A stretch of DNA of 63,475 bases, filler included, from Reclinomonas americana ATCC 50394 (GCA_048213135.1; 6 parts of 4 records of this genome joined end to end with filler, not necessarily neighbours in it), one strand, 5' to 3'; shown: positions 28,423-41,346, counted from the first letter of the whole stretch. Numbers and translations are program-made. The notes: generated by a model from the letters alone, not told the origin.

Positions 28423-29681
28423 ATGAGTGGCAAGAACCAACAGCTGGCATCGGCGCCACCAGCGTCGCTGGCCTCCTCCGGAGAGTTCCGATACTCATCG
28501 CTCGACGGTCGTCCACCACCCGAAAACCCATACGCTGTTGCGTGGTGTTCACAGAGAAAGAGACACATGAGCACAGAGACACAGTCATCCTCTCTCCCTC
28601 CCATGTGCGATGTGTGTGTTTCGCGCCCTCGTGGTGGCGGCGGTGGGTGATGATTGTAGTTGCTGATGTTCGATTCTTTTGACCTCGCATTCCGCGCCAT
28701 CAGTCGCCGGTGAGTGTGTGTGACAGAGTGTGTGAGTGTGCAACGGGGAGCACGTCCACTCATTCTCTCTCTCTCTCTCTCTCGTTGTTGGTGTGATTGC
28801 GTTGCGCAGCGATACGATGAGGTGAGATCGGCGATCGACAAGACTTCTCTTTTGTTGCTGCTCACCGTTGTCGAGTCGCAGGCGTACCACTCGCAACCGG
28901 CACTGACGTACCAGTCATCCTCATCACCGTCGCCACCACCATCATCATTACCGCCATTGGCTGCGTATCAGGAGCCACCACCGCCTTATCCTGGCTACGG
29001 TTCCATCGGCCGTTCGTATCCACCGGCGCCACCACCACTGCCACACGCTCCCCTGCTTGCTCCACCGCCGCTGTACGCCGACTGGGGTCCACCACCATCG
29101 TTGCCGGGACCACCGCCACCGGCGGTGCCGCAGACGGGACAGGTGGTGTTGCCGGCGGGCGTGCAGCTCGGCCAGCCGACGCGAACCCACCTGGAGTGCA
29201 GCAATGTCATTTGTCCGCGATGCTCGGCCCTCGGTGCGTGTCATTGTGCTGCATTTGCGCTGTTTGTCTTGCTCACTGCCGTGCATCTGCAGTCACCACA
29301 AGGTGCATGCTCGTCGCAGAAGAAATCGACGACTAGCATTGCTGTTCCAGCTGACTTGTTGTGTGTGTGTCGTGCAGAGTCGTTCGCGGTCCAGGCGCGG
29401 CGGTGTGGACGTCGTCCATTGCAGTGGCGCTCCTCGGCGGATTCCTCGGCTGCTGTCTCATGTTGCGTACGCTTTCTGTTCCCTTCAAATTTGCTCGAAA
29501 ACTCACCTGCTATCGTGCAGTCCCTGTTGCATAACATCGCTGCAAGACACGGTTGGTGGTACCGTGCAATCTTGATATGCCATCTCACCTCTCACTCGCT
29601 TCTGGCTTGTTGTCGTTGCTGGCGCAGAAACACTACTGTCCCGTGTGCGACCATCTCATTGGGGTGTACAAACCGTGCTGA
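28423..29681 (+). CDS. LITAF: LITAF/SIMPLE-domain protein
   Basis: Pro-rich N-terminus with PPPY, then CPRCSALVTTRVVRGPGAAVW...[32 protein letters not shown] after splicing. Confidence 0.92.
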
Positions 29682-29892
29682 CATGAGCGCATGGAAACGA
29701 TAGGAGGAAGAACTGTGATTAAATACCCATTGTGTTGCTGTTGTTGCGAACTGCGACGGAGTATCTGCGTACGTACACTGGTCGAGTTGAAAACCTCGCA
29801 CGTCGAGTTCGACGGCGACAGTCGTCCCGCCGTCGTCGGAAGAAAACCACTACTTTGTTGTTTTGCATCAAGAGAGAGTAAGCAAGCCACTC

Positions 29893-31439
29893 ATGGAGAG
29901 CACCAACACTGCCAGCGATAGCAGCGCGGTCGCCGACCTGATCGGCTCCATGCAAGCACTCACGGTCAGTGCGCCTGCGCCTGCGCCTGCTGCACGCGCG
30001 ACTGCCTCTCGATCTCCTCGCCCGCGCAAGTCTCGCACCTCTGCTGCTGCTGGTGCGTCGTCACTACCCTGTCTCTCGTGCACACGCGCGCGTGTGTGTG
30101 AGCCACCTTTGCTCACATTCATGCATGTGCATTCTTGCCCGCTCTGCAGAGGATGGCCCGTCAACACCCAGTGGATTCGAGGCGTGGCCTGTGGCACGAC
30201 TCATGTACGACGTTGACGACAGTGGTGCTGTGGCTGCAGCTGTGGACGCAGGATCAGCGTCGGAGGCGCAGGTGGCGCTTGGCGAGCGCATTGGTCGACT
30301 GCGTCGTGTCGAGGCCTCTGCCTGGGACGATCACAACACGTCGGTGAAGGACGGCAGTCAGGTGGTGGCGCGCGAGCGCATCATGCAGGAGCTGGGCTTG
30401 TCGCTCGACGCGTTTGAGCGACAGCGCGAACTGTGGGCCGCCTACTTTACCCCGGCAGGTGCGAGCGGGTGAAAGGCGCGAGAGAGAGCGAGAGAGGCAC
30501 GAGCTCAACGTGCTGTCTGTGCCCCCGCCCGCAGTGGACAAGGCGGAGTTGCAGGGCGACTCGTGCTCCTCGTTCTCCACGTGGCGCGACACGGTGCTGC
30601 CGCGATACATGCAACCGGGCGATTTCGAAAGGTGGAGCGAGGTGCCGACCGACCACTCGTGGGCCGACCGCTTCACCGTGCGTATCTGCGAAGGCACCCG
30701 CGACTTGCTGAGCATCCTCGATGAGTGTGAGGTGAGGAGTGGCATGGTCTGCCAAGAAAAATGGATCTTTTCTCTTCGCCTCCTCACTTTTACAAATTGC
30801 AGATTCCCGCCGCCGACAGTCCGTGCACTGGCCTCGAGCAGCTAGAGACACTGGATGTGAACGAGTGCACGTGTCGGCTCTTTATCGATGTGTGGTTGTG
30901 GCCGCTGGTGACCATGTATCGCGGGCGTGTGCGCAGTCAGGTGCGGCCGCCGACTTGAACAGTGCGCGCACTTTTTCTCCTCTTGTCTGACGAGCGCCAC
31001 AGGTCGAACCACGTATCGGCAGCAAAGAGACGCTGTCGAGTGGTCCACTCGACTACCGCCTCACCTTTGTGCACCCGCCACAAGCCGATGGCGAGGCCTC
31101 GGCGCACTCGCACGTGGTTGTTGAGGCCAAGCGCGGCAAGGGCAAGATGACACAAGGTGGGCGTGCCGTGCTCTTTGTGCCCTTTTTTCCTTCACAAAAC
31201 TCACCTCCTCCACAGCCGTGGTACAGTCCATGGTGCAACTGCTGACGCTGCAGCAGCAAGTGGGCGCAGCACGTCCACTGTACGCCGTCGCGTGTTCGGC
31301 CTACCGCTTCCAATTCCTGCGACTGGACGCCCATCGCTTCCTCCTCTCCCCGCAGTACCAGGCCGACACCTGGGAACGCATGTACTGGATCCTCGATCGT
31401 GTCGCCGGCATCATGGCCGAGGCCGCCTCCGCCGAGTGA
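29893..31439 (+). CDS. PD-(D/E)XK restriction-endonuclease-fold protein, similar to Crinkler REase domains (6 exons)
   Basis: NECTCRLFIDVWL...VEPRIG...SGPLDY...VVVEAKR...AVVQSMVQL...LYAVACSAYRFQFLRL motif order, recognised by eye. Confidence 0.7.
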
Positions 31440-31512
31440 GAACAATAAACACCACAACCCAATATTCCGACGGATTCGTCGTGTCCTTCTTCATTATCGC
31501 TCCTCCGAACAC

Positions 31513-34500
31513 ATGAGCGACGAGGATGTGCCTCGCAGTGGCACAGGCAGTTGCGTATTCTCTCTTCTTCTCTCTCTGTCTGTTTGTGTGGGGCCGGCGA
31601 AAGGAGAGCAGCGCGTGGCCATGTCCAAACACGCGAATACTTCTCGCGCACACACGCACACACGCACACACTCTGACTCTCACCACCCAAACAGGCCAAC
31701 GATCATCGCGTCGCGGACACACAGGGAGCGGGCGGCATCAGGTACCGATTGGAGGCGGTGATCTGATGATGATGTCGGGCGAGGGAGTGGTGACAGGCGA
31801 GGACATTGAGCGGGAGATGGAGGAGCGTGAGTTGCAGACCATGCTGGTGGATCCAGAGACCGGCAGCAGTGGAGGTGGCAGTCGTCGGCGAGCTCCGCAA
31901 GTGGCACTGCCATCTCCGCGACCGAGACGCACCAGTGCTGCCACTGCAGCGGCCGCCGCTGCGGCTCCTGCATTGCCCTCAGGCTCCTCGGCGCGACGCT
32001 CACGGCCGCCTTCCCGCGATGCGTCACTATCCGACTCTCGTCGCCACTCTGCCGGTCTCTATGTGAGCGGTGAGGTGGCGCACAATGCGGACGGTGATGA
32101 CGACGATGACGATGGTGATGGTGACGACGAGGAGAACACGCGTTCCATGGCCTGGGATGAGGTGCCGGGATCACGCGGCAGTCGGGTGCGTTGCTTTGCT
32201 GTGTTGCTTGTTTTGCGTGGAAGGGTGGGTGTGTCTTGCTCACCCGGGCGTCGCAGTCGAGTGTTCCTGCGTCGCATCAACCGCGTGACCTCGAGGAACG
32301 GCATCAGGCGATCAATGCCTTGTTTGGTTTCATCCCGTTGCGTCTTTGTTACTTGTTGCTCGGCGTGGAATGCCATGTTCTAGCCTCTGACTCTGACTGC
32401 AAATGTGTGATGTGCAGATGGAAGGGCAAGATCATGAAGCGGTGAGTGGTACATTTGTTGACTTCCAGTGTATGCCTCTTGTTTTGCTCACTGCATGTGT
32501 TGCCTGCGTGCAGACCACTTGAACTGCGGTCGCCGGCGGTGCAGACTCTATACAGAGCACAAACCAAGGGCTCTGGTGTGTGTATATCTTACTCCTCCTG
32601 TCGATGTCATGTCATTCGCACTCACTCCTCCTCCGGGGACACGCAGAGCGCTTCTGCCAGATGGGCAACTGGATTTGGTTCATCGTGATTGGCTGGTGGC
32701 TCTCCTTGATGCACCTCGTGTGCGCCCTGCTCCTGGCAGTCACCATTGTGGGCTACCCTCACGCGGGCGCCTGTCTGCGCTTTGCGAGATACATTTTCTG
32801 GCCGTTTGGAACGCGCATAGAACGTGAAGTGGAGGCGCATGCCAATGGAGCGCACAGTGCACGGGTTCGCCAATTGCTTGTCTTCGTCATGGTCGCTTCA
32901 ATCTGACGCTCACCCGCTCCACCAACAACCTGACAGGCGTCGCTGGCCATGGCAGACGACGCAATGCCGTCGTATCAGAGTGTCGAACGGTATCCGTCGC
33001 TGTCCATTCAGAACGCGAAGCCGTCGAGTTTCCGACAAGCGTGCTTCTCCTCGGTCGTCTACTTTGCTCTTGTTTGTTGCGTAGCACACACCCCCCGTCG
33101 AACCCCAAGTGATGTGCTGCAACCGACATCAATCTCATCGCTCGCCCACCAGATCCCATACTCTTCGTGTTGCACGCGATTGCGGCCAGTCTCTGCTGGT
33201 TCTTCATTCTGTGGATTCCAATGAGCAAGATGCACGTCACTGTGCTGCGAGTGCTGGCTGTGGATCCACTCAACATGCAATTCAATGCCTCGTCTGTTGC
33301 GTCGTGTCACACAATCTTGGCCCTCATCGCTGTCTCTCCCTCACCTGCACCCATTCGTGGTAGCGTGCGGAGGAAGACTACGGTCACTGGCACGTGGAAA
33401 GCTGTGTGTTCTCCGCCTCCAACGTCTACTACTACAAGTACTCGGTGTACGGCATGAACATTATCCTCGTCAGTTGCGCCCACCACCATTCCCCATGTCG
33501 ACCACCCCATGCTGTTGTCCTCACCACCTGTCCGTGCTGCGGCAGATTTGCTGGTGTTTGTGCTGCTGTCACTCGGTGGCGGCTACCTCACACCGAAGCA
33601 GTGGCGTGACGATTACTGTGTGCTGATCTTTGCCGCCTGCCTCATTTCTGTGGTGCCCTTGGCCTACTACATTGGCAAGGCTGTGTCGAGGTGTGTGAGA
33701 GAGAGAGAGAGAAAGCACGCTGTTCCAACCGTCTCTTCGCGGTGCGCTCACTCCTTCCTGCCCGCTCCAGCATCTCTGCACAAACGTCGTTTGTGGTGGG
33801 CGCCTTCCTGAACGCCACGTTTGGCACGGTGGTGGAGCTGGCATTGTACATTTTCATGCTCCGTGGCGGTCTGTTGCCGATTTTGAAAAAGGCTCTCACT
33901 GGCTCGCTGATTGCCGTGTTGCTGCTTCTGCCTGGTCTCGCAATGGTATTCCTGTTTCTTCTGCTGCTTGCTGGTCGATGGCTGCTGACCGCGACGTGCA
34001 GATTCTGGGCGGCTTTGTGAAGCGTGAGCAGCGATTCAATCGTCGTGCTGCCGGCGTGTCTGGTGTTCTGCTGCTGCTCTCGGTGCTCGGTGCCTTCCTG
34101 CCCACGTTTGTCATGTGGTTCATCGGGCATCCGACACTCGACTGCAGTCACTGTGATGTGGCAATGTTCAACTCGAATTCAACACTCGCATGCGGCGACT
34201 GCACGTATCGTGAGGTGGGTGTGCGCCTCACTTTATGCTGTCTCGTTCGTAACACATTGTATCATCTCGTTCACCTTGCAGACCGATCTGTCACACGATT
34301 CCGCGTACGAAACTCGTGTCAGGTGCGTGCTGAGACGGGTCACGCCGCACGCCGGCCTCGCTACTCACCCTCTCGCGCAGACCGTTCATGTACTTTTGTG
34401 CCATCCTACTCCCCGTCTGCTACATCATTGGACTCGTGTTCACACTGAAGACGCACATCCACCTGTACCGCAAGGCACACGATGGCGACGATGCTCCTGG

Positions 34501-35587
34501 TGAGGCAGCGATGAGAAGTGATCGTGTCGTCCGTGCACTCATGTGAGTGGCAGAGGCCGGTGGTCATGGTGATGCGGAGTGGCCTACTTGGGCGGCTGTG
34601 GTCATCCTGCTCGTCTCCACGCTGTTGTATGCGGCAATTGCAGAGGTCTGTGTTGTGTGCCACTGCTTTTGTTCGCGATGGATGGACTCTCACCTATTCT
34701 CGATGTGCGCAGGCCATGGTGCACGCCATGGAGCCGGCGTTGCATGCCATGGGATTACCAGAGGTGCCGTGACGACTCTTGCGCGCAACCGAGCTGTTGA
34801 ACAGTGCTGATACTGCATGCTGCAGGATTTCGCTGGTCTGACGCTGATTGCGCTGGTGCCCAACATTGCCGAGATTGTCAATGCGTGTCAGTTTGCGGTG
34901 CAAGACAACATTACGCTGGGGCTCGAAATCGGCAACATTGCTGCCATTCAGGTGGGGTGTCGACGGCGACGCTCGTGAGCGTGTTTTTTTTTTGCGCTGA
35001 CTCTCGTTGCAGATCTGCCTCATTCAGATGCCGGTGCTCGTGCTCACCTCGTACATCATGTACGGAACGTTGCGTGCGAAGCCGACTGCGGTACGCCACG
35101 ATCTGCTTGTCTGCGTATCAATTCAACGTGTTCTTCGGTGCACTCTGCAGGGAGGTGGACAAGAGCTTCCTGCTCATCTTCCAGACGCAAGACCTGCTCT
35201 GTGTCATTGGCGTGGTAATTATCGTCAACGTTGCGTGTGCCCGCCTGCTTCCCACCCCTCCATCTCTCTTTTGGCAAACCATCCACGTCGTGACAGTATC
35301 TGTTTATCGACGGGCGCTCGAATTACTTTACCGGCAGCGCACTGGTGACCCGCATGTTCCACGTCTTGTGCCGTGAATTGTTTGCTCACGGTTGTATGCC
35401 TCGCAGGTCCTGGTGTATATTCTCATTCTCGGCAGGTGCGTCTCGTGTGCATGCATTCATTGATCTTCAAAGCGGCTGACGCCTTGAGCGCAGTTATTGG
35501 TTTGTCTTTTCCGGATCGGACGACGTCGAAGTGCACAGCGCACGTGCCGCAACGTCTATAGGGCCCCGGCTCGTACATATTCATTAG
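31513..35587 (+). CDS. Type II cation/H+ exchanger (CAX, Vnx1-like) with YccF-like N-terminal membrane region, more than 20 exons
   Basis: [15 protein letters not shown]...TIVGYPHA...[90 protein letters not shown]. Confidence 0.92.
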
Positions 35588-35689
35588 ACAGCTGGTGGAA
35601 GCGACGAGGGGGGCAGAGAGAAAACTACAAAATGTATGGCAATATGATGGACAAACACTTGTCCCGCCACCACGCATCCGTCAGTGGCG

Positions 35690-37362
35690 ATGTCGGTGGC
35701 GCGCGTGTACAAGGACGCGTGCATCTCTCGCGGCAGAGAGTACTGGGACTACGATGCCCTGGAGATCCAGTGGGGGTGCGTCGTATGTGTGTGTGTGTGA
35801 CGGTTGTTTTTTGTGTGTTTGTGCCATTTCGGTCACGCACACGCACTTACACTCTGTGAGCACACGAATGCCACGCCATGTTGGCATGTGCTCTCTCTCC
35901 CTACGTGCTCTCTTGAGCTGCCTTTTGCGCCTCTCTGTGTCTCTGTGTGTCTCTGTGCGTGTGTTTGTGTGGGCGGGTGTTGTACATCACTTGCTCACGC
36001 GCACTCCACTCACTGGCCTCCACGCTGCGCGCAGTGAACAAGACGACTACGAAGTGATCAGGAAGGTCGGTCGTGGAAAGTACAGCGAAGTGTTCGAGGG
36101 CGTCAAGTTGAGTCACCGTACTCACACTCACTTACACTCGCAAGTGCTGCGCTGACCGTCTGTCTCTCTCTCTCTCTTGTGTGTGCGTGCGTGCGTGCGT
36201 CTGTGTGTGTATGATGTACGATGCGATGCAGTGTTCTGAATGGAGAGAAGTGCATCATCAAGATCCTGAAGGTCAGTGTTTTTTCACTCTCTCTCTCTCG
36301 CTCTTTCCCTCCTGGAACCTCACACATGCGCTCTGTGTTGTACCATCACGCAGCCGGTGAAGAAGAAGAAGATCAAGCGTGAGATCAAGATCCTGCAAAA
36401 CATTTGCGGTGGCACCAACGTCATTTCGCTTCTCGATGTGACGCGCGACTCGGGCTCGAAGACACCGGCGCTCATCTTTGAGTACATTAACAACACCGAC
36501 TTCCGGCTGTTGTACCCGACGCTCTCCGATCGCGACATTCGGTTCTACATTTACGAGCTGCTGAAGGTGTGTGTCTACAGCGCGCCATTTCTGCTTGCGT
36601 GTTGCTGCTGACTGTGCCAAAGGCGCTCGACTTTTGCCACTCGATGGGAATCATGCACCGCGATGTGAAACCGCACAACGTCATGATTGACCACTCGGCA
36701 CGCAAGCTGCGGCTGATTGATTGGGGTCTCGCCGAGTTTTACCACCCAGGGCAGGAGTACAATGTGCGTGTGGCCTCGCGCTACTTCAAGGGACCCGAGC
36801 TGCTGGTGGACCTGCGCGAGTACGACTACTCGTTGGACTTGTGGAGCCTCGGCTGCATGTTTGCCGGCATGATCTTCCGCAAGGAGCCGTTCTTCCACGG
36901 ACGCGACAACTACGACCAGCTGGTGAAGATTGCCAAGGTGCTGGGCACGGAGGACTTGTTTGCGTACCTGGCCAAGTACGATCTCGAGTTGCACCCGCAC
37001 TACCGCGGCAAGATCGAGAACTTCCCGCGGAAGAAGTGGAAGGTGAGAAAGAGGGAGAGGCTGGCGCAGAAGGAGTTGCGACTGACTCATGATTGTCTTG
37101 CACACACAGGAATTCATCACCGCCGAGAACAGACACTTGGCCACGGACGACGCCATTGATTTCCTCGACAAGCTGTTGCGATACGATCACCAGGAGCGAC
37201 TGACGGCCGCTGAGGTGCGTGCGCGTCGAGTTTTTGTCGCGTCGAGTGCTTTTTAAACTCACACACGTTTCCGCACAGGCCATGCAACACCCCTACTTCT
37301 ACCCAATCGTCATGGCCATGGACAGTGATGCAACGACAGGCCACTCGTCGGGTTCTGCATGA
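35690..37362 (+). CDS. CKA1: Casein kinase II alpha subunit
   Basis: [70 protein letters not shown]. Confidence 0.98.
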
Positions 37363-37564
37363 TGACGATGCTGAGTGTGCTCCAGCGGTTAGCCCGTGGT
37401 TGAAAAAAAGGGAGAGGGAATAGTGGTTGACGAACAGGAGTGGAGAGAGAAAGCGAAAGATTGTGTGCTTCTAGTCGTTTGTGCGTGCATTCACTGGGTG
37501 ATGGGAGAGGTAAGATTGCTACCCAGCCGCACGTGCAGGAGGCGACATGCGGGGTGGGTGGTTT

Positions 37565-38188
37565 TCAAAGAGCGTAGAAACCGCTGCCGGGCTCGTACGT
37601 TCCCCACGTTGCGCCCATCCACACCATGGAGAGACCTGCCAGCACCGCGAACGAGTAAGAGTGCATGCATGAGAAAGAGGGAGACAGTGGGGAGAGAGAC
37701 GACCAACCAGCAATGATGAACGGCATGATGGCGCGCTTCAGCGGCACCGTCTTGAACACAAAGTACTCGATCGCGAAATGCAGACCCGCCACAGCGTACG
37801 TGGCAAACGCCGCCGCGTAGATGGCCGTGCTTCCGCCCAGATCGGCGGCCGCCAACAGGCGCACGGCACTCGTCGCCAGCGTCCATGTGGCAAATGTGCG
37901 CTCAAACAGCTCCGATGCCTCTGCAGTCATCGCAACAACAGAGTGTGTGAGCGCGTGTGCGCGAGGGGGAGAGAGGGATATAGAGAAGAGACTAGTGCTC
38001 AACTGGGCTGGCTGCCCGAGTACATGGTCTTGGCGAGGTACCCGGGGCGGAAGAAGCCGCTGACGGTGGAGAAGAGGCCGGCGACCGCCGTGAATGCAAT
38101 CCACCCTGCGATGTGCACACAGTGAGTGCACGCACACACGCAAGAGAGAGAGAAGGAGACACTGAACGCAACAGGCAAGGAGCGTCAT
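37565..38188 (-). CDS. ERG28: Ergosterol biosynthesis scaffold protein Erg28
   Basis: Small multi-TM protein with ERTFATWTLATSAVRLLAA...ATYAVAGLHFAIEYFVFKT. Confidence 0.85.
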   Translation of the reverse strand: MTLLACCVQCLLLSLLRVCVHSLCAHRRVDCIHGGRRPLLHRQRLLPPRVPRQDHVLGQPAQLSTSLFSISLSPPRAHALTHSVVAMTAEASELFERTFATWTLATSAVRLLAAADLGGSTAIYAAAFATYAVAGLHFAIEYFVFKTVPLKRAIMPFIIAGWSSLSPLSPSFSCMHSYSFAVLAGLSMVWMGATWGTYEPGSGFYAL

Positions 38189-38252
38189 CGATACGTGCGC
38201 GAGAGAGTGTGAGAAGTGAGCGAAAAAACGCAACCGCAATTTCGCTTCGTGC

Positions 38253-38925
38253 ATGCTTCATGTGAGACAACGCCTCATGTGGATGGCGTACCATCAGAGT
38301 CTGCTGGCGTTGCACAGTGGCGAGGTGAGGCACACACAGACTCTCCTCTCTCTCTCTCTCATCTCTCTTCTCACATTGCATTGCACAGGTTCCCGTGGGC
38401 GCGGCCTTGTGGCTTCCGACGCACGGCGTGTGGCTTGCCGCACACAACATGCGACACACGCAGCAGCGCGTGACGGGTCACGCAGAGGTTCTGTGCACTG
38501 CCGATTCTTCCCTTCTTTTTCGTGCACAATCGTCTGATCATCGTCGTTCTTGATGAAGATCTCGGTTCTGAACGAGGCTGCTCGGCTGGTCGGTGGCAGC
38601 TGGCGCTTGCCTCCGGGCGCTGTCATGTGCGTCACTCTGGAACCGTGTGCCATGTGTGCCGGAGCCATCTTCCAGTCGCGAGTGGTTGGTGGAAGCAAAG
38701 CTGCTTGTTCCGCAACGTGTCGCGCTCAATGTGTGCCCACAACAACAGTCGACGCTAATCTACGCGGTTCCATCGCTCAAAGAGGGTGCGTGCGGTAGCG
38801 TGGTCGATCTGCCAGCATCGCTGGCGCATCACACGCAGGTGCTACGTGATGACGACGAGGAGATCGTTGCTGCGTGTCGGCAAGTGCTCTCCGACTTTTT
38901 CGCGGCCAAGCGAATCCCGAGATGA
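38253..38925 (+). CDS. tRNA adenosine(34) deaminase, TadA/Tad2 family
   Basis: GEVPVGAAL, GHAE, VTLEPCAMCAGAIFQSRV, KEGACGSVVDL, CRQVLSDFFAAKR. The start is 38253 or 38277. Confidence 0.88.
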
Positions 38926-39439
38926 CAACCCTCCCTCGACCCACCATCGGTTCACCAGCACCATCCGATTTACACACACAGCGAGAACAAAAAACGATAC
39001 CAACGAGCAGGACGGTAGGCAGCGACAGGAGAGGAGAGAAGAGAGAATGAGAAAGCAAACAGCAAAGAACCCAGCCGGCCCAACAAGGCCAGCAGTAGCA
39101 GCAGCAACAATACAGAAATAAAAGAAGACACACAGCTGTCATCGTTCGACCAACATCAAAAAAGCCAGAGGTGTNNNNNNNNNNNNNNNNNNNNGGAGGG
39201 ACGACGTGCAAATGTCGTCACACTACTCTCCACACCAGCAAGCGCACTCACACAAACAGCTGCCTGCGACCCGCCACACTCGGGGCCGCACATTCCGACT
39301 CGTGCCACCACCCTCCCGTCTGCACACCTCCCATTCCTCTCCAACCCCCCAACCCATCCTGCATCATCATCCTCCGCGCCTCTATCGCCCTTTTTCTCGA
39401 GCTCCACCTAATTCTGCATCCACCCTACGCGCGTGGAGT

Positions 39440-40004
39440 TCAGCTGCGGCGGTAAACCAAACGGCGGTTCTTGATCGTCGACCAACGCAGACGCTTGTAG
39501 TAGTACGAGAAACCGGCCATCACTGCCAGCATGAAGCACCACTTCAGACCCATCTGCTTGCGCTCGTCGGCCTCCGGCTCTGATGATGGTGTGAGAGGGG
39601 TGGAAAGGGAAAGGAGAAAACATAGGAAACACACACGCACCGGCGGCCCATGACAGGAACGTGACGACATCCTTGACCAGCTGTGACAGGCTGTTGGGTG
39701 TGCCATCCTCGTACTCGATTGATTCGTCCATCAGAGGCGGTGTCATGGCAATGGCACCACCGGGGAAGTACGGGTTGTAGTGCAGGCCCGGGAGGAGCTT
39801 GACTCCCGCTGGTGCCTCCTGCTCTCACACAGGGGAAAACAGGAGACGACCTTGAGTGAAAGGAGAAGGAAGATGCACACATAGACGCACGCATGCATGC
39901 AACAGCGCACCTTGTATCCAGTCAACAGCGCAAACACATAGTCGTCTCCATGCTCACGAGCCTTGGTCATCAGCGACAGATCTGGCGGGTAGGCGCCATT
40001 GTTT
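39440..40004 (-). CDS. CYT1: Mitochondrial cytochrome c1, 5' truncated at the scaffold end
   Basis: [30 protein letters not shown]...[12 protein letters not shown]...EYEDGTP...[24 protein letters not shown]. Confidence 0.97.
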
Positions 40005-40112
40005 NNNNNNNNNNNNNNNNNNNNNNNNNNNNNNNNNNNNNNNNNNNNTTAATTAATTAANNNNNNNNNNNNNNNNNNNNNNNNNNNNNNNNNNNNNNNN
40101 NNNNAGACATAC

Positions 40113-40674
40113 GTCAGTCAGGCTGCGCACGCAATCCCGAGGCGTGCCCGAACAACCAACGCAACTGAGCGACTCGAGCACCATGGTCATGTAGTGCAGC
40201 TTGCGATCCGGTTGCTCCCGCTGCTCCAGTTGTGACACTTGCTGCATGAGCACCTGAATTCTCTCCTCCGCATACCACATGGCCACGAGCTGCCTGGCCG
40301 GGCACGTCCACATTCGATACAGACACACCACCGCGTTGTTGTGCAGATGTGGTCGATACTCCGTGGTGAACACGTGTTCCTGCGGGGGCACGAGGCCAAA
40401 CGAGATGAGCATGAATCCCGTACGGAGGTTCAGCAGGCGCGCGAGTGCACCCCAACGCGTACTCACCAACAGTGAATAGGCTCGACACCTCACACACGAC
40501 TCGGCACACTCGCCCTGTCCACAACACAGTGCCAGGAACAGTACAATCTGGTCGGTGTACGACCGAATCGCCATGTTCGTGTTGCCAAAGTTGTCGGCCC
40601 AGGTTGCCAGCAACGAGCACCGCATCACACTATCGAAAAAGTTCTGTACAAACACTATTTGGAACACACGGTCC
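40113..40674 (-). CDS. Helical coding exon of unknown function, possibly an upstream part of the TPR gene on an inverted contig
   Basis: About 187 open codons ending at donor GTATGT, bounded by gaps. Confidence 0.5.
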
Positions 40675-41346
40675 NNNNNNNNNNNNNNNNNNNNNNNNNN
40701 NNNNNNNNNNNNNNNNNNNNNNNNNNNNNNNNNNNNNNNNNNNNNNNNNNNNNNNNNNNNNNNNNNNNNNNNNNNNNNNNNNNNNNNNNNNNNNNNNNNN
40801 NNNNNNNNNNNNNNNNNNNNNNNNNNNNNNNNNNNNNNNNNNNNNNNNNNNNNNNNNNNNNNNNNNNNNNNNNNNNNNNNNNNNNNNNNNNNNNNNNNNN
40901 NNNNNNNNNNNNNNNNNNNNNNNNNNNNNNNNNNNNNNNNNNNNNNNNNNNNNNNNNNNNNNNNNNNNNNNNNNNNNNNNNNNNNNNNNNNNNNNNNNNN
41001 NNNNNNNNNNNNNNNNNNNNNNNNNNNNNNNNNNNNNNNNNNNNNNNNNNNNNNNNNNNNNNNNNNNNNNNNNNNNNNNNNNNNNNNNNNNNNNNNNNNN
41101 NNNNNNNNNNNNNNNNNNNNNNNNNNNNNNNNNNNNNNNNNNNNNNNNNNNNNNNNNNNNNNNNNNNNNNNNNNNNNNNNNNNNNNNNNNNNNNNNNNNN
41201 NNNNNNNNNNNNNNNNNNNNNNNNNNNNNNNNNNNNNNNNNNNNNNNNNNNNNNNNNNNNNNNNNNNNNNNNNNNNNNNNNNNNNNNNNNNNNNNNNNNN
41301 NNNNNNNNNNNNNNNNNNNNNNNNNNNNNNNNNNNNNNNNNNACAG

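Noticed and set aside
33946..34000. Possible U12-type intron (GTATTCCT) in the CAX gene
   Set aside because: It does not match GTATCCTT and I see no TCCTTAAC branch site.
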